IMG/VR virus record: IMGVR_UViG_3300009128_001768 | Span: 1 to 64,000 of that record | DNA: 64,000 nucleotides | DNA from: an uncultured virus (IMG/VR IMGVR_UViG_3300009128_001768) | Taxonomy: Duplodnaviria; Heunggongvirae; Uroviricota; Caudoviricetes | Strand: one strand, 5' to 3' | Shown: positions 37,646 to 46,538 of the stretch, one piece after another | Layout of the letters: each line of letters starts with the position of its first letter | Numbering within the stretch: the stretch's first letter is position 1 | Notes under the pieces: generated by a model | Seen by the model: only the letters and a program-made list of their open reading frames with translations | Databases searched by the model: none | Told to the model about the DNA's origin: nothing | Position numbers and translations under genes: made by a program

Positions 37646-39632
37646 CGATATCTCCGGCATCGTATTCATCAAGGTCGAATGAATCTTCCTCATTTTCTGC
37701 TGCTTCTGACAACAGAACGCCACCTTCAGGAGCCAAAATTGACGACAACGATTGCATCGCTCTCCTCAATTCGGGAGTCATGGCTGGTTTGACAGTTCTA
37801 GACATACTTTCGTAAGTATCCTGCTCATTCCATTCTATGCCCTCAAATGCGGGCTTAAGATAGTCTTCGCCATAAGGTTTTCGCAACGAATCTTGTGGAC
37901 GGCCATGAGTTACCATCTTTTTAAAGTCTGGTGTGTGCGTCGTGAGAGGACCACGTTTTGCTTGGGTACCCGGAGTGGGCTTTCCAAAAACCTTTTTCAC
38001 AGACGCTTGTGCTTTTAGGGGTGCGTCAGGGTCGTCTATGGAAAGACTGGAAATGTCAATTTCTTCGTCCTCATCCTCGTCATCACTGGTGGCACGCCGA
38101 TTTTTTCCACCAGCAGGATGCGCAGTCAAGAGCGGACCTTCAGGTTCATCAGCAGCAAAGAGTCCGCCGCCCTCATCACCACCGGCTTCTTCGCCGCCGC
38201 CCATGTCAAATCCGCCGCCGCCTTCGTCGCCGCCTTCTGCGGCACCGGAAGCCTCAACTTCAGCGTCTATTAACTTATCTTCCTTTCTGCCCTCGATAAT
38301 TTCTTCAATTACCTTGTCTGTCAATCCCAATACGTTCTTTTGTACCCATCGACGATCGTAAAAGCCTTCTGGTACTTTTCCAGCTATGTCAAAACGTGTA
38401 GATATTAACTCAAGCTTCTGTAATTGCGCTACGCTCGATGGGTTTGATAATTTCAACTCGAAATCAATTAAGTCTTCTCCATCGTAGCCGTGAACAAAAA
38501 GATGAATCATCGCCAATTTGTTCAATTCAGCAACCACTGTCTTCTGAATTCTCTGGATCGTACGACTGAACCTTATGTCTTCTTGTGCTAGGGTTGCCTT
38601 CGCACCAATGTCTTCATCATACCCAAGATATGCCCGCGGAATTTTCAACGCAGCAAATAATTTCTTTTGAATATATTCTACATCTTCAATCGCGCTGGTG
38701 TTAGCACCACCTGCTAATGACTCAATCTTCGTGCCCGACTCACCACCACGAACTGGGATAAAATAATCCTCGTCAACGCTAAGTGGGTTAAACCTGAGAT
38801 CGACTTTCCCATTGGTCTTGTCTATAACTGGAGCGCGCTTCAGCGAACTTGTGGCTTGCTCAAGATAATTTGGAACATCTTCAGGAGGCACGTTTCCAAC
38901 ATCGATGTAAAAAACACGTCGTTCGGGAGAACGAATAACTCTATAAACCAACATCGCATCTTCTATCAATATTAATTGACGCCAAATTCGTCTTGCTGAT
39001 TCAAGAACCGAAGAACCGTACGGCAAAAACGCATCATTGCCCAAAAGACGAAAATGTGTTAATTGCCAATTTTCTAGTGTAGAATTCCCTTGTGTCAACC
39101 AGCGAAAACGAACCGCACCTGGATTCTCAGGATCAAACCCTTCTTCTCGCTCTACTTCTGATATTGGAATAGGATAAGCATTGATAATACCAAATTCGGG
39201 ATCAATATCATTAAAGAGAAAAAAATCACCGTATTTACAGAGATTTCGAACCCACATCACCAAATTAAATTCTAGATTTAGCGTATCATAAAAAAGTGTT
39301 TCTAGCAGCTCTTTCTGAACATCATTCTCACAGAAGATATGCAAGACTCGCCCATGCTCATCCGGACTAACTGTTTCTTCTGAATATATGTCCAGAGCTG
39401 AGGCGATCTCGGGAGTGGCTTCCATCTCACTAAAATCAGAATATCTGGACATCCTGTCGAACGAGCCGTATGCGCTGAGGGTCGTATTGTAGACATCATT
39501 ATGAGCTCGCTTAAACAGTGCCGCTGAAGAAGAAGTGCCGCTAGTGCCTTGTGTACGTACTCGACGTTTAACCACAGGACCTGCTCTAAAGAGGTTTGTT
39601 AACCTCTGGAACATGTTTCCTTTATCAGCCAT
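37635..39632 (-). CDS. Portal protein (T4 gp20-like)
   Basis: PEIASALD, QLILIEDAMLVYRVIRSPERRVFYIDVGNVP, EDYFIPVRGG, DVEYIQKKLFAALKIP. Confidence 0.96.
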   Translation of the reverse strand: MADKGNMFQRLTNLFRAGPVVKRRVRTQGTSGTSSSAALFKRAHNDVYNTTLSAYGSFDRMSRYSDFSEMEATPEIASALDIYSEETVSPDEHGRVLHIFCENDVQKELLETLFYDTLNLEFNLVMWVRNLCKYGDFFLFNDIDPEFGIINAYPIPISEVEREEGFDPENPGAVRFRWLTQGNSTLENWQLTHFRLLGNDAFLPYGSSVLESARRIWRQLILIEDAMLVYRVIRSPERRVFYIDVGNVPPEDVPNYLEQATSSLKRAPVIDKTNGKVDLRFNPLSVDEDYFIPVRGGESGTKIESLAGGANTSAIEDVEYIQKKLFAALKIPRAYLGYDEDIGAKATLAQEDIRFSRTIQRIQKTVVAELNKLAMIHLFVHGYDGEDLIDFELKLSNPSSVAQLQKLELISTRFDIAGKVPEGFYDRRWVQKNVLGLTDKVIEEIIEGRKEDKLIDAEVEASGAAEGGDEGGGGFDMGGGEEAGGDEGGGLFAADEPEGPLLTAHPAGGKNRRATSDDEDEDEEIDISSLSIDDPDAPLKAQASVKKVFGKPTPGTQAKRGPLTTHTPDFKKMVTHGRPQDSLRKPYGEDYLKPAFEGIEWNEQDTYESMSRTVKPAMTPELRRAMQSLSSILAPEGGVLLSEAAENEEDSFDLDEYDAGDIDES

Positions 39633-39659
39633 TTGTGCACTCCCTCGGTAGACTAGAAA

Positions 39660-41258
39660 TCAAAGTAACCATTTAAAATCCACCGACCCAGATATCATTG
39701 GGTGATCAGAATCCATAGAAACCGGCCAACCCTTGGCAGTAAATATTCCGACCTGCTTATTAAATGGTGACATATTATTATCTGACTGTGATTCTTCTGT
39801 CTTGTTCATCGCAAAACCAGCCAACATTGCTTTGTTCACGTCCACGGCTTTTTTAGAGCTAACTTTATCTCCGTCATATAACCAAAGACCAATTGCGAAT
39901 GACATCACAAGGTCATCGGTCTTCCCGCGCTGTGCTTGCGCTTTGTTATTGCTCCACACAAACGTCTTTAATTCATTTACCAGACGCTCAGAATACACGT
40001 CAACCTTATCGTTCCTTATCATCTCTTCCAATTTCGTAAGAATTTTTGCGCGACTTGGTCCTTGCGTTGAAAATCCAGCCTTGCTAATTGGTCCATTACC
40101 ATACAATGCGTTAAATTTATCTTTTTCTTTAGAAAAATAAATGTTTCTGTACCCAATCTCTTGAAGTTTCATTAACACAGCATATCCGTATGTGTTACTT
40201 TCAGGACACAGGAGCGCTTCATGATATCTATTTGCGGCCTCGACCAAAAGATACGCAAGTTGGTCAGGTGGGACCTTACCTCGAAATTCAGCAACCACCT
40301 CAGAAATAGTAGTGTCTATAATATGAAATGTAGAGTAATCATTTCCGTCACCGCGGGAGACATCCGAAGATATTACATATTCATGGTCAGGGAATGCATA
40401 TTTCCACACCCACACATTGTTTTCAGGGCCCCATTTCTCCAACGGGACGCGGACCTTATACCGTAATTTTTCAATCTCTTCCATTGGTAGAAAAGTATCA
40501 CCCGAGGCTTGAAAATCACAAAGCAGCTCTTGAGCAACCTGCTGCTTGTTCATATTCATAGATTCTTTATTGAACCATTCATCATCACGCTCGGGATGTA
40601 CATCCCAAGGAAGCTTTATTGGGTTAAATTCATTCGTGCCCTCAACCGCATGATGCCACAAGTCATAATACTGTCCACCGGTACCGTTGGGAGTACTTAC
40701 TATTAGGGCTCGCCCACCAGTTGACAACGTTGGATATAGCCCTTTCCATAATTCATCAAAGTTTCGAATAAACGCAGCTTCATCAACGATCAGTAAACTC
40801 AAAGCTTCAGACCGGCCCGCATCTTCTGAAGTTGGTATTGCCTTTATCGCAGAACCATTTGAAAATTCGATTCCTTGGGTGTTCTTTGTGGTTATGTCGG
40901 TAATCCACATCCACGGAGGAACACCGGAAAGAGCTATTTTAACTTTTTTAATGAAGTTTTGAGCAACGGCAAGCTTAGTAGCAATAACAAGAACAGTTTT
41001 ATCCTTGCGAAATAACGTCATCCAAACTGCATATGCAGCAGTGAGTGTAGACAGACCAAGCTGCCTGGATTTAACCACAATATTAAAGCGATGATCGTTG
41101 AAGTGCTTTAAGCAATCATCCTGGAACGAAAATGTATGAAACGGAATTCTCCCCCGGATGGGGTGTTGAATCTGTACATAGCGATTAATAAAATACGCGG
41201 GGTCTTTACCGCATTTTACAATCTCAGCTACTTGTTTCTGTTTGGTCAGTGGGGGCAT
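39660..41258 (-). CDS. terL: Terminase large subunit (T4 gp17-like)
   Basis: DPAYFI, KSRQLGLST (Walker A), LLIVDEAAF (Walker B), VSTPNG, nuclease motifs DVSRGDGNDYS and DDLVMS. Confidence 0.96.
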   Translation of the reverse strand: MPPLTKQKQVAEIVKCGKDPAYFINRYVQIQHPIRGRIPFHTFSFQDDCLKHFNDHRFNIVVKSRQLGLSTLTAAYAVWMTLFRKDKTVLVIATKLAVAQNFIKKVKIALSGVPPWMWITDITTKNTQGIEFSNGSAIKAIPTSEDAGRSEALSLLIVDEAAFIRNFDELWKGLYPTLSTGGRALIVSTPNGTGGQYYDLWHHAVEGTNEFNPIKLPWDVHPERDDEWFNKESMNMNKQQVAQELLCDFQASGDTFLPMEEIEKLRYKVRVPLEKWGPENNVWVWKYAFPDHEYVISSDVSRGDGNDYSTFHIIDTTISEVVAEFRGKVPPDQLAYLLVEAANRYHEALLCPESNTYGYAVLMKLQEIGYRNIYFSKEKDKFNALYGNGPISKAGFSTQGPSRAKILTKLEEMIRNDKVDVYSERLVNELKTFVWSNNKAQAQRGKTDDLVMSFAIGLWLYDGDKVSSKKAVDVNKAMLAGFAMNKTEESQSDNNMSPFNKQVGIFTAKGWPVSMDSDHPMISGSVDFKWLL

Positions 41259-41267
41259 CAAGCATTA

Positions 41268-41636
41268 TTAGCTTACTTGCAACGTCAAAAAAGCACGATA
41301 ATATGCAACTCTTCGAGGAGAATTCGCGGTGGCTTGTATCAATTCAACATTGTCATCCCGTGAAGTCTCTGTCGCTGTAAGTGCCCTTCCAGCAATATCT
41401 TTAAATTCTGCTTTGATCTTCTTTACACCATCAGTAAAAATATCGTTTGACATCTCTCTTAAATTTGTCATTTGACTATCAAGGGAGGCCTCACTCGCAA
41501 AATGCACAATACTATCAAAGCGCAAGTTCAAAGTTTCACCGTTCAGATGATGTGATAATTTAAGATTGTCGACAGACTTTCCCCATGTCGTATTTAAACA
41601 ATCACCTAACGCTCGAATTTCATTAACCGTCAACAT
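41268..41636 (-). CDS. Hypothetical protein upstream of terminase
   Basis: 122 aa with an AGGAG SD, preceded by the ATAGTTA motif. Confidence 0.75.
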   Translation of the reverse strand: MLTVNEIRALGDCLNTTWGKSVDNLKLSHHLNGETLNLRFDSIVHFASEASLDSQMTNLREMSNDIFTDGVKKIKAEFKDIAGRALTATETSRDDNVELIQATANSPRRVAYYRAFLTLQVS

Positions 41637-41657
41637 TTGTAAGCTCCTATAGACTAA

Positions 41658-41900
41658 CTATTCGCCAGACGAAACCTTTTCTCGCCACGCAGCAATCTCT
41701 GAACTGTTCGGTTCGTAGTCGTCATCTTCATTTATTTTTTTTATTGGCTCCAAAAAACTTATCCAACACTCTGTGCAGCACTTGACCTCTAAGTATTGCA
41801 TGCAGTCTTGAAAATCACGAAATAAAAACCCACATAGAGGACAGTCTAGCGGAACAAAGTTTGGCAGCGAGTCATTATTCGCAATGTCTGATTTTTGCAT
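41658..41900 (-). CDS. Small putative zinc-finger protein
   Basis: 80 aa with CPLC and CTEC pairs. Exact start uncertain. Confidence 0.6.
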   Translation of the reverse strand: MQKSDIANNDSLPNFVPLDCPLCGFLFRDFQDCMQYLEVKCCTECWISFLEPIKKINEDDDYEPNSSEIAAWREKVSSGE

Positions 41901-44900
41901 CTTTCCCTATTTTCTGTATGTCTAGAACGTTATCTACGATATCTTTTACAGCATCCACATGTGAAATAATCAGAATATTGGAAAAGTATTTCTTAAGAGA
42001 CATTAGTAAACGGGAGCAGGCCTCAATGTTTTTGTCATCTAGCGTGCCGAAGCCCTCGTCAATAATCAACACATCACTTCTTGGGGCATTACAAATATTA
42101 ATAAGCGCAACCCGAAGAGCAAGAGATGAAATCATTTTCTCCATCCCGGAACCGCATTCTATAATACGCTTCGAATCACCGTAATCTATGAAAATGTCCA
42201 AATTATTTGAGTCTAGCCGAGATTCAATCTCAACGCTGAAATTCACCACTCCCTGCAAAATCTTCGTAAGCTCAGCATTGATACGGGGAAGTTGAAGAGA
42301 TAAGATTGTTAGTGGAATTCCACGTTTATCGACTGCCTGCGTAAACAATGAGTATGTTTCCCAGCGGTCTTTCAGAGCACCAAACTTCTCTTTCTCTGTT
42401 TGTAGCTCTTCTTGTCTAGCAGAGCTTAGGCTAATTTGTTCTGTCAAGTACAACCGCTCAGCATCTATTTCTGATATTCTTTTTTCTAAACGCTTAAGAT
42501 CAAGCCGCATTTTAATAATTTCTGCATCTTTCTCTTCATCAGCAGAGCGGAGTCGCATATCACGTAGAAGCTCTTTACCATGTGAAATTTCACTAACCAC
42601 TGCTTGCTGGTCGCTTTCTAGCTCTCTTAAATTGAGCTTTAAGTCAGAGTTTTTTAACCTTAAATGCTGCGCATTTTTCAGCATTTCTTCGTACTTAGCT
42701 AGCTTCTCCCCGAGACCCTTATCCCTTAATTTCTCAAGATTCTTTTTAATCGCCCCCAATTCTTTCCTGGTGGAAGAAATGACACTTTTTTGTCCGGCGA
42801 TCTCTTTGGCACTTTTGTGAGCATCTTTAATATACGGGCACTTAGGGAACTGATCACCGCACGGAACGGTATCAAGTTTCTTCGCAGACTTCGTTTGTGA
42901 CTGTAAACGCTGCTGCTCGAGGTCTAGTCTTGATTGTGTTAATTCAATCTGATTCGCTAAGTCTTTTTGTAGTTCTGCTTCTTCCTTCAACTCTTTTACA
43001 GGAAATTGTTCACAAATTATATCAATTTTTGTAATTTTTCCTCTAGTGACATCCATCTCTTCGCACGTTTGTAACACCTCTACGCTCAGAGCAGAGTTAC
43101 GCTCTTCTAGGGTCTGCAAATGAATAACCTGTGTCTGTATATCTTGTTGTGTATAAACCGTATCGGACGGAGATGATATCAACTGTAATTTGAGTTGATC
43201 TCTCTTTTCCTTTAATTCAGCTAACTCTGCCTCAATCTCTGCTCTTTCTTGCTTATGAGATATTAACGCGTCTGCCTGTTCAGTGATCAATGTACTCCAG
43301 TCTCTATCTGGGGCAGATTTCATCTCGCCTCTTAATTCTGTTATTTCATTTTTTGCCATCCTCAACATCGTATCAAAAATCTGCAGATCTAAAAATCTTG
43401 TAAGAATTGCTTTTCGCTTTGTAGCACCCTCGCGAATAAAGGCGTTCATATCACCCTGAGATGCGAATGACGTCATCAAGAAATCATCGACGGTACCTAC
43501 CAGACCGCGTAAAACTTTTTCAGTCTCTCTTCGCTGTTCTTCCGTACTGTCTACTATTATATTCCCGTCATCATCTAGCGCGTAAAGATTCAAGTGCGTG
43601 GGCGCAGATACCACTCCTGTTCTGCTTGTTCGCTTAATTGTTTGCCGGTCAATACGATACATCTTGCTACCGATCGAGACATCGACACTTGCGCGGCAAA
43701 AATTCTTTCGACTATTCACAATGTGCAAATTTTTCAACGTACCGCGATCAGAAGAATTAAACAATCCGTAAACTAGTGTCCCAGGAATCGAAGATTTTCC
43801 GGAACGATTTTTACCAAAAATACCAGTGATACCGTGAAGAGCATCAAAGTCTATGATGTTATCTTCGCCATACCCGAACATATTGTCAAACGCGAGCTTT
43901 CGTAAACGCCACTGATGTGCTTGTTGGTTGGCTTGTTGAACGCACTTATGAAAAATATCTTTGTGCAATGCACGGAGAGAATCGCGTTGGTCGGAAGAAA
44001 GTGTATTTCGTGATACAAAGTCAGTCATAAGCCGATCTTGATATTTGAAACTTCGTAGATCAGTTCTGCTTATTTCACCTACAGAGGTTGAAATTACAAC
44101 ATCTGACCCAGTGAATGCCTTTGATTCATCCTTTGAGACAACTTCTTCAGCAGAAAATGTTTCTCGTAACTCTGTTTGTAGCTGCTTAAAGTCAACTTGG
44201 TTTAATCCTTCATGCGCAATTCTAAATCTAGCACCAGAAGCGTATTCTGGAATTTGATCTAGCGTATCTATGACTGTGCCTTTCCACCGGTACGTTCGAA
44301 AAGCCTTCTCATTCTTAAGCGGAATAAACTTTGAATCAAAATCATCTTTATCCCTAATCTCCCAGAACAAAAAACCCTTTTCTACCGTCTCACCATAATT
44401 CTGCTGGATTGTTGAACCAGGATATGCAATTTTTGGTGTCAAATATTGCCTCTTGTGGATGTCACCGAGAAAAGCAAAATCGAATTTATTGAAAAAATCA
44501 ACTGACACGCTATCCCCATTAATCTCCCAATCTTGATCGGTCAAAGACCCGTTCACAGGACCGTGGAATGTTGCGATATTGATACAAGATGGATCTGGCT
44601 CAACATCATCCCACCCCCTTATGTCAAAACAGCTGAATACATTCCACTTATAGCCAGCAACCCCGGTATCATATGTACCGGATTCTTTGAAGAGATGTAT
44701 GTCTGGATTATCTAATGCTTCTAAAATAGGCGTAATAGCGTCAAGCCTATCTTCATTCAACATCAATCCGTCATGGTTCCCCAAAATAACATGAACAGGA
44801 GCAATCTCGGCTAACGAATTAAACCACCAAGTCAAAATATGAATTAATTCAGGACTGATCCCCTGCGTCTTTGAGTGGACAATATCGCCACCAATAAAGA

Positions 44901-45018
44901 TCGCATCTGGACGTAGCTTTCGTAATTCTACAAACGATCTTGAAAATACATCTCTGTATTCTTTATGTCTTGTCAGCCCACGAAAGTGGACATCAGCAAA
45001 ATGCGCGCACCGAAACAT
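41875..45018 (-). CDS. Mre11-Rad50 (SbcD-SbcC, gp47-gp46) fusion recombination nuclease-ATPase
   Basis: N-terminal phosphoesterase motifs HFADVH, GGDIVH, GNHD, LGDIH. From about residue 370 an SMC-like ATPase: GKNRSGKSS, Q-loop SQG, coiled coil, GSGMEK, IIDEGFGTLD, ISH. Confidence 0.93.
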   Translation of the reverse strand: MFRCAHFADVHFRGLTRHKEYRDVFSRSFVELRKLRPDAIFIGGDIVHSKTQGISPELIHILTWWFNSLAEIAPVHVILGNHDGLMLNEDRLDAITPILEALDNPDIHLFKESGTYDTGVAGYKWNVFSCFDIRGWDDVEPDPSCINIATFHGPVNGSLTDQDWEINGDSVSVDFFNKFDFAFLGDIHKRQYLTPKIAYPGSTIQQNYGETVEKGFLFWEIRDKDDFDSKFIPLKNEKAFRTYRWKGTVIDTLDQIPEYASGARFRIAHEGLNQVDFKQLQTELRETFSAEEVVSKDESKAFTGSDVVISTSVGEISRTDLRSFKYQDRLMTDFVSRNTLSSDQRDSLRALHKDIFHKCVQQANQQAHQWRLRKLAFDNMFGYGEDNIIDFDALHGITGIFGKNRSGKSSIPGTLVYGLFNSSDRGTLKNLHIVNSRKNFCRASVDVSIGSKMYRIDRQTIKRTSRTGVVSAPTHLNLYALDDDGNIIVDSTEEQRRETEKVLRGLVGTVDDFLMTSFASQGDMNAFIREGATKRKAILTRFLDLQIFDTMLRMAKNEITELRGEMKSAPDRDWSTLITEQADALISHKQERAEIEAELAELKEKRDQLKLQLISSPSDTVYTQQDIQTQVIHLQTLEERNSALSVEVLQTCEEMDVTRGKITKIDIICEQFPVKELKEEAELQKDLANQIELTQSRLDLEQQRLQSQTKSAKKLDTVPCGDQFPKCPYIKDAHKSAKEIAGQKSVISSTRKELGAIKKNLEKLRDKGLGEKLAKYEEMLKNAQHLRLKNSDLKLNLRELESDQQAVVSEISHGKELLRDMRLRSADEEKDAEIIKMRLDLKRLEKRISEIDAERLYLTEQISLSSARQEELQTEKEKFGALKDRWETYSLFTQAVDKRGIPLTILSLQLPRINAELTKILQGVVNFSVEIESRLDSNNLDIFIDYGDSKRIIECGSGMEKMISSLALRVALINICNAPRSDVLIIDEGFGTLDDKNIEACSRLLMSLKKYFSNILIISHVDAVKDIVDNVLDIQKIGKDAKIRHCE

Positions 45019-45025
45019 AACACCC

Positions 45026-46000
45026 CTAGATTAAAGACCCTGACCGAATCGTTCCAATAAGCGATCGCAGTCTTGCCATCTCACTCCATTCTTCTGCATG
45101 AGGTAGTAACTGCGAGAGATGTCCTCTCGGCATCTCACCCACATCAGAAAAATTATCAAACTTCAATATTTTTACGCAAATATCAAACCTAGCAAGAGTT
45201 GCAGCAATTTCATGTGTCTTCTTAATCGCATCAGGATCAAGAGCAAGAATTACTGGGGTCTTGTTTTTCACTATCTTTTTGAATAATTCATGTTGGGGAC
45301 TCAACGTGCTACCCAACAAGCAAGTCGTGTTTTCATTCGATTTAATTAAGTCAAATGGACCTTCGACTAACGTGAGCTCTTGTGACCAATCAATATTAAT
45401 ATCGTTAAATATCACGTCAGCTCGTCGTACTTTTGGATTTAGATACTTCCTGTTCACTTCACCATCGATAGCTCTAGCAGTGTAATAATTCAGCACCCCC
45501 TCACCATCAAAAGATGGGATAATCACCCTACGACGATATCGACCGCCGGTTACAGCCCCAATCTTGAAATACCATAAATCTTTTTGTGTCAATCCACGAT
45601 TGTAAAGATAGCTTCTGCATGCTCGAAGATCTGGATCAGCGTTCTTCCCTAGTTGAGCCAATAGCGTAAACTCCTCAGGAAGTTGAATAAGCTGAATTTC
45701 TTCCTTGATTTCATCAATCTTCTTTTCAAATATGGCAGCGGCATGCGATGAAAAATTAGGCTTATACTTTCGAAAGAAATAAGCTAACCCTTTCCCCCGG
45801 AGGCCGCAAACCCAACAGTGGTAAAACTCATTGTCAACTCGCAACGTTAGTTTCTTTTTCGCTGGCTTTCCAAAAGAAGAACAGTCTTTGTTGACACATC
45901 CAATTGCAACATTCACACCGTCTCTATCAAAAAGCACAGACCCAAACGCTCGCTGAACTAGCATAACGCGCTTTTTAATATCTAAATCATCGCTCATCAT
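45026..46000 (-). CDS. dnaG: DNA primase (DnaG/gp61-like)
   Basis: Zn-binding C-x4-C...HCWVC, RVIIP, KYLNP, TOPRIM motifs LVEGPFD and ALDPDA. Confidence 0.9.
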   Translation of the reverse strand: MMSDDLDIKKRVMLVQRAFGSVLFDRDGVNVAIGCVNKDCSSFGKPAKKKLTLRVDNEFYHCWVCGLRGKGLAYFFRKYKPNFSSHAAAIFEKKIDEIKEEIQLIQLPEEFTLLAQLGKNADPDLRACRSYLYNRGLTQKDLWYFKIGAVTGGRYRRRVIIPSFDGEGVLNYYTARAIDGEVNRKYLNPKVRRADVIFNDINIDWSQELTLVEGPFDLIKSNENTTCLLGSTLSPQHELFKKIVKNKTPVILALDPDAIKKTHEIAATLARFDICVKILKFDNFSDVGEMPRGHLSQLLPHAEEWSEMARLRSLIGTIRSGSLI

Positions 46001-46538
46001 TCACATATGCTCTTGCGATTACAAAAGCATCAGATATATCATAACAACAGTCATCGAAGATTACATGACCCTTTCTTGGACCAGACTTAAGCGTCTTGGT
46101 GGGCCATGAAAAATCATCCATATTCTTCTGAGCCCACTCAAATACTTGCTCTTTCGTAGAAAGCGAAGATTTTCTATCTATTTTTAAGCCTACCGATTTT
46201 CGCGCGTGATTCACATTTATAAAGTCTGGTTGTAGATTCGTACATTTATACGACAACCAGCTTACTATACCATTAAATCTGGCAAGAGTAATCAGGGTCT
46301 TTGCACTTGAAAAGCCGGGTCTAAATGCTTGTAGGTTTTCCTCGATCGCTATAGCTTCTATGCCGTACTTGTCAACCAGCGTCATGAGTGTCTCATGCGC
46401 CCTCTGTGCCTTGCTGAACATGCACCTTAGGTCTTTTAATGGAATATACCCTGCATCCACCAGAGACCCATCAGAAGTTTGCAGCAAGCACCATCCGATA
46501 CAAGACGTAGAAACGTCTAATCCCAAAATTACTTTCAT
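45987..46538 (-). CDS. ruvC: RuvC-like Holliday junction resolvase
   Basis: ILGLDVSTSCIGW, IAIEE, LARFNGIV and DISDAFVIA are the RNase H-fold catalytic motifs. Confidence 0.85.
   Translation of the reverse strand: MKVILGLDVSTSCIGWCLLQTSDGSLVDAGYIPLKDLRCMFSKAQRAHETLMTLVDKYGIEAIAIEENLQAFRPGFSSAKTLITLARFNGIVSWLSYKCTNLQPDFINVNHARKSVGLKIDRKSSLSTKEQVFEWAQKNMDDFSWPTKTLKSGPRKGHVIFDDCCYDISDAFVIARAYVNDER

Noticed and set aside
37646..37723. Extended N-terminus of ORF 36791-37723 overlapping the portal
   Set aside because: ATG 37645 has a GGAG SD and only an 11-nt overlap, so the upstream GTG start is most likely a longest-ORF artefact.
39660..41258. Inteins or introns in terminase, RecA, portal or primase
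   Set aside because: Protein lengths are normal, motifs are contiguous, and no splice-junction or homing-endonuclease motifs are visible.
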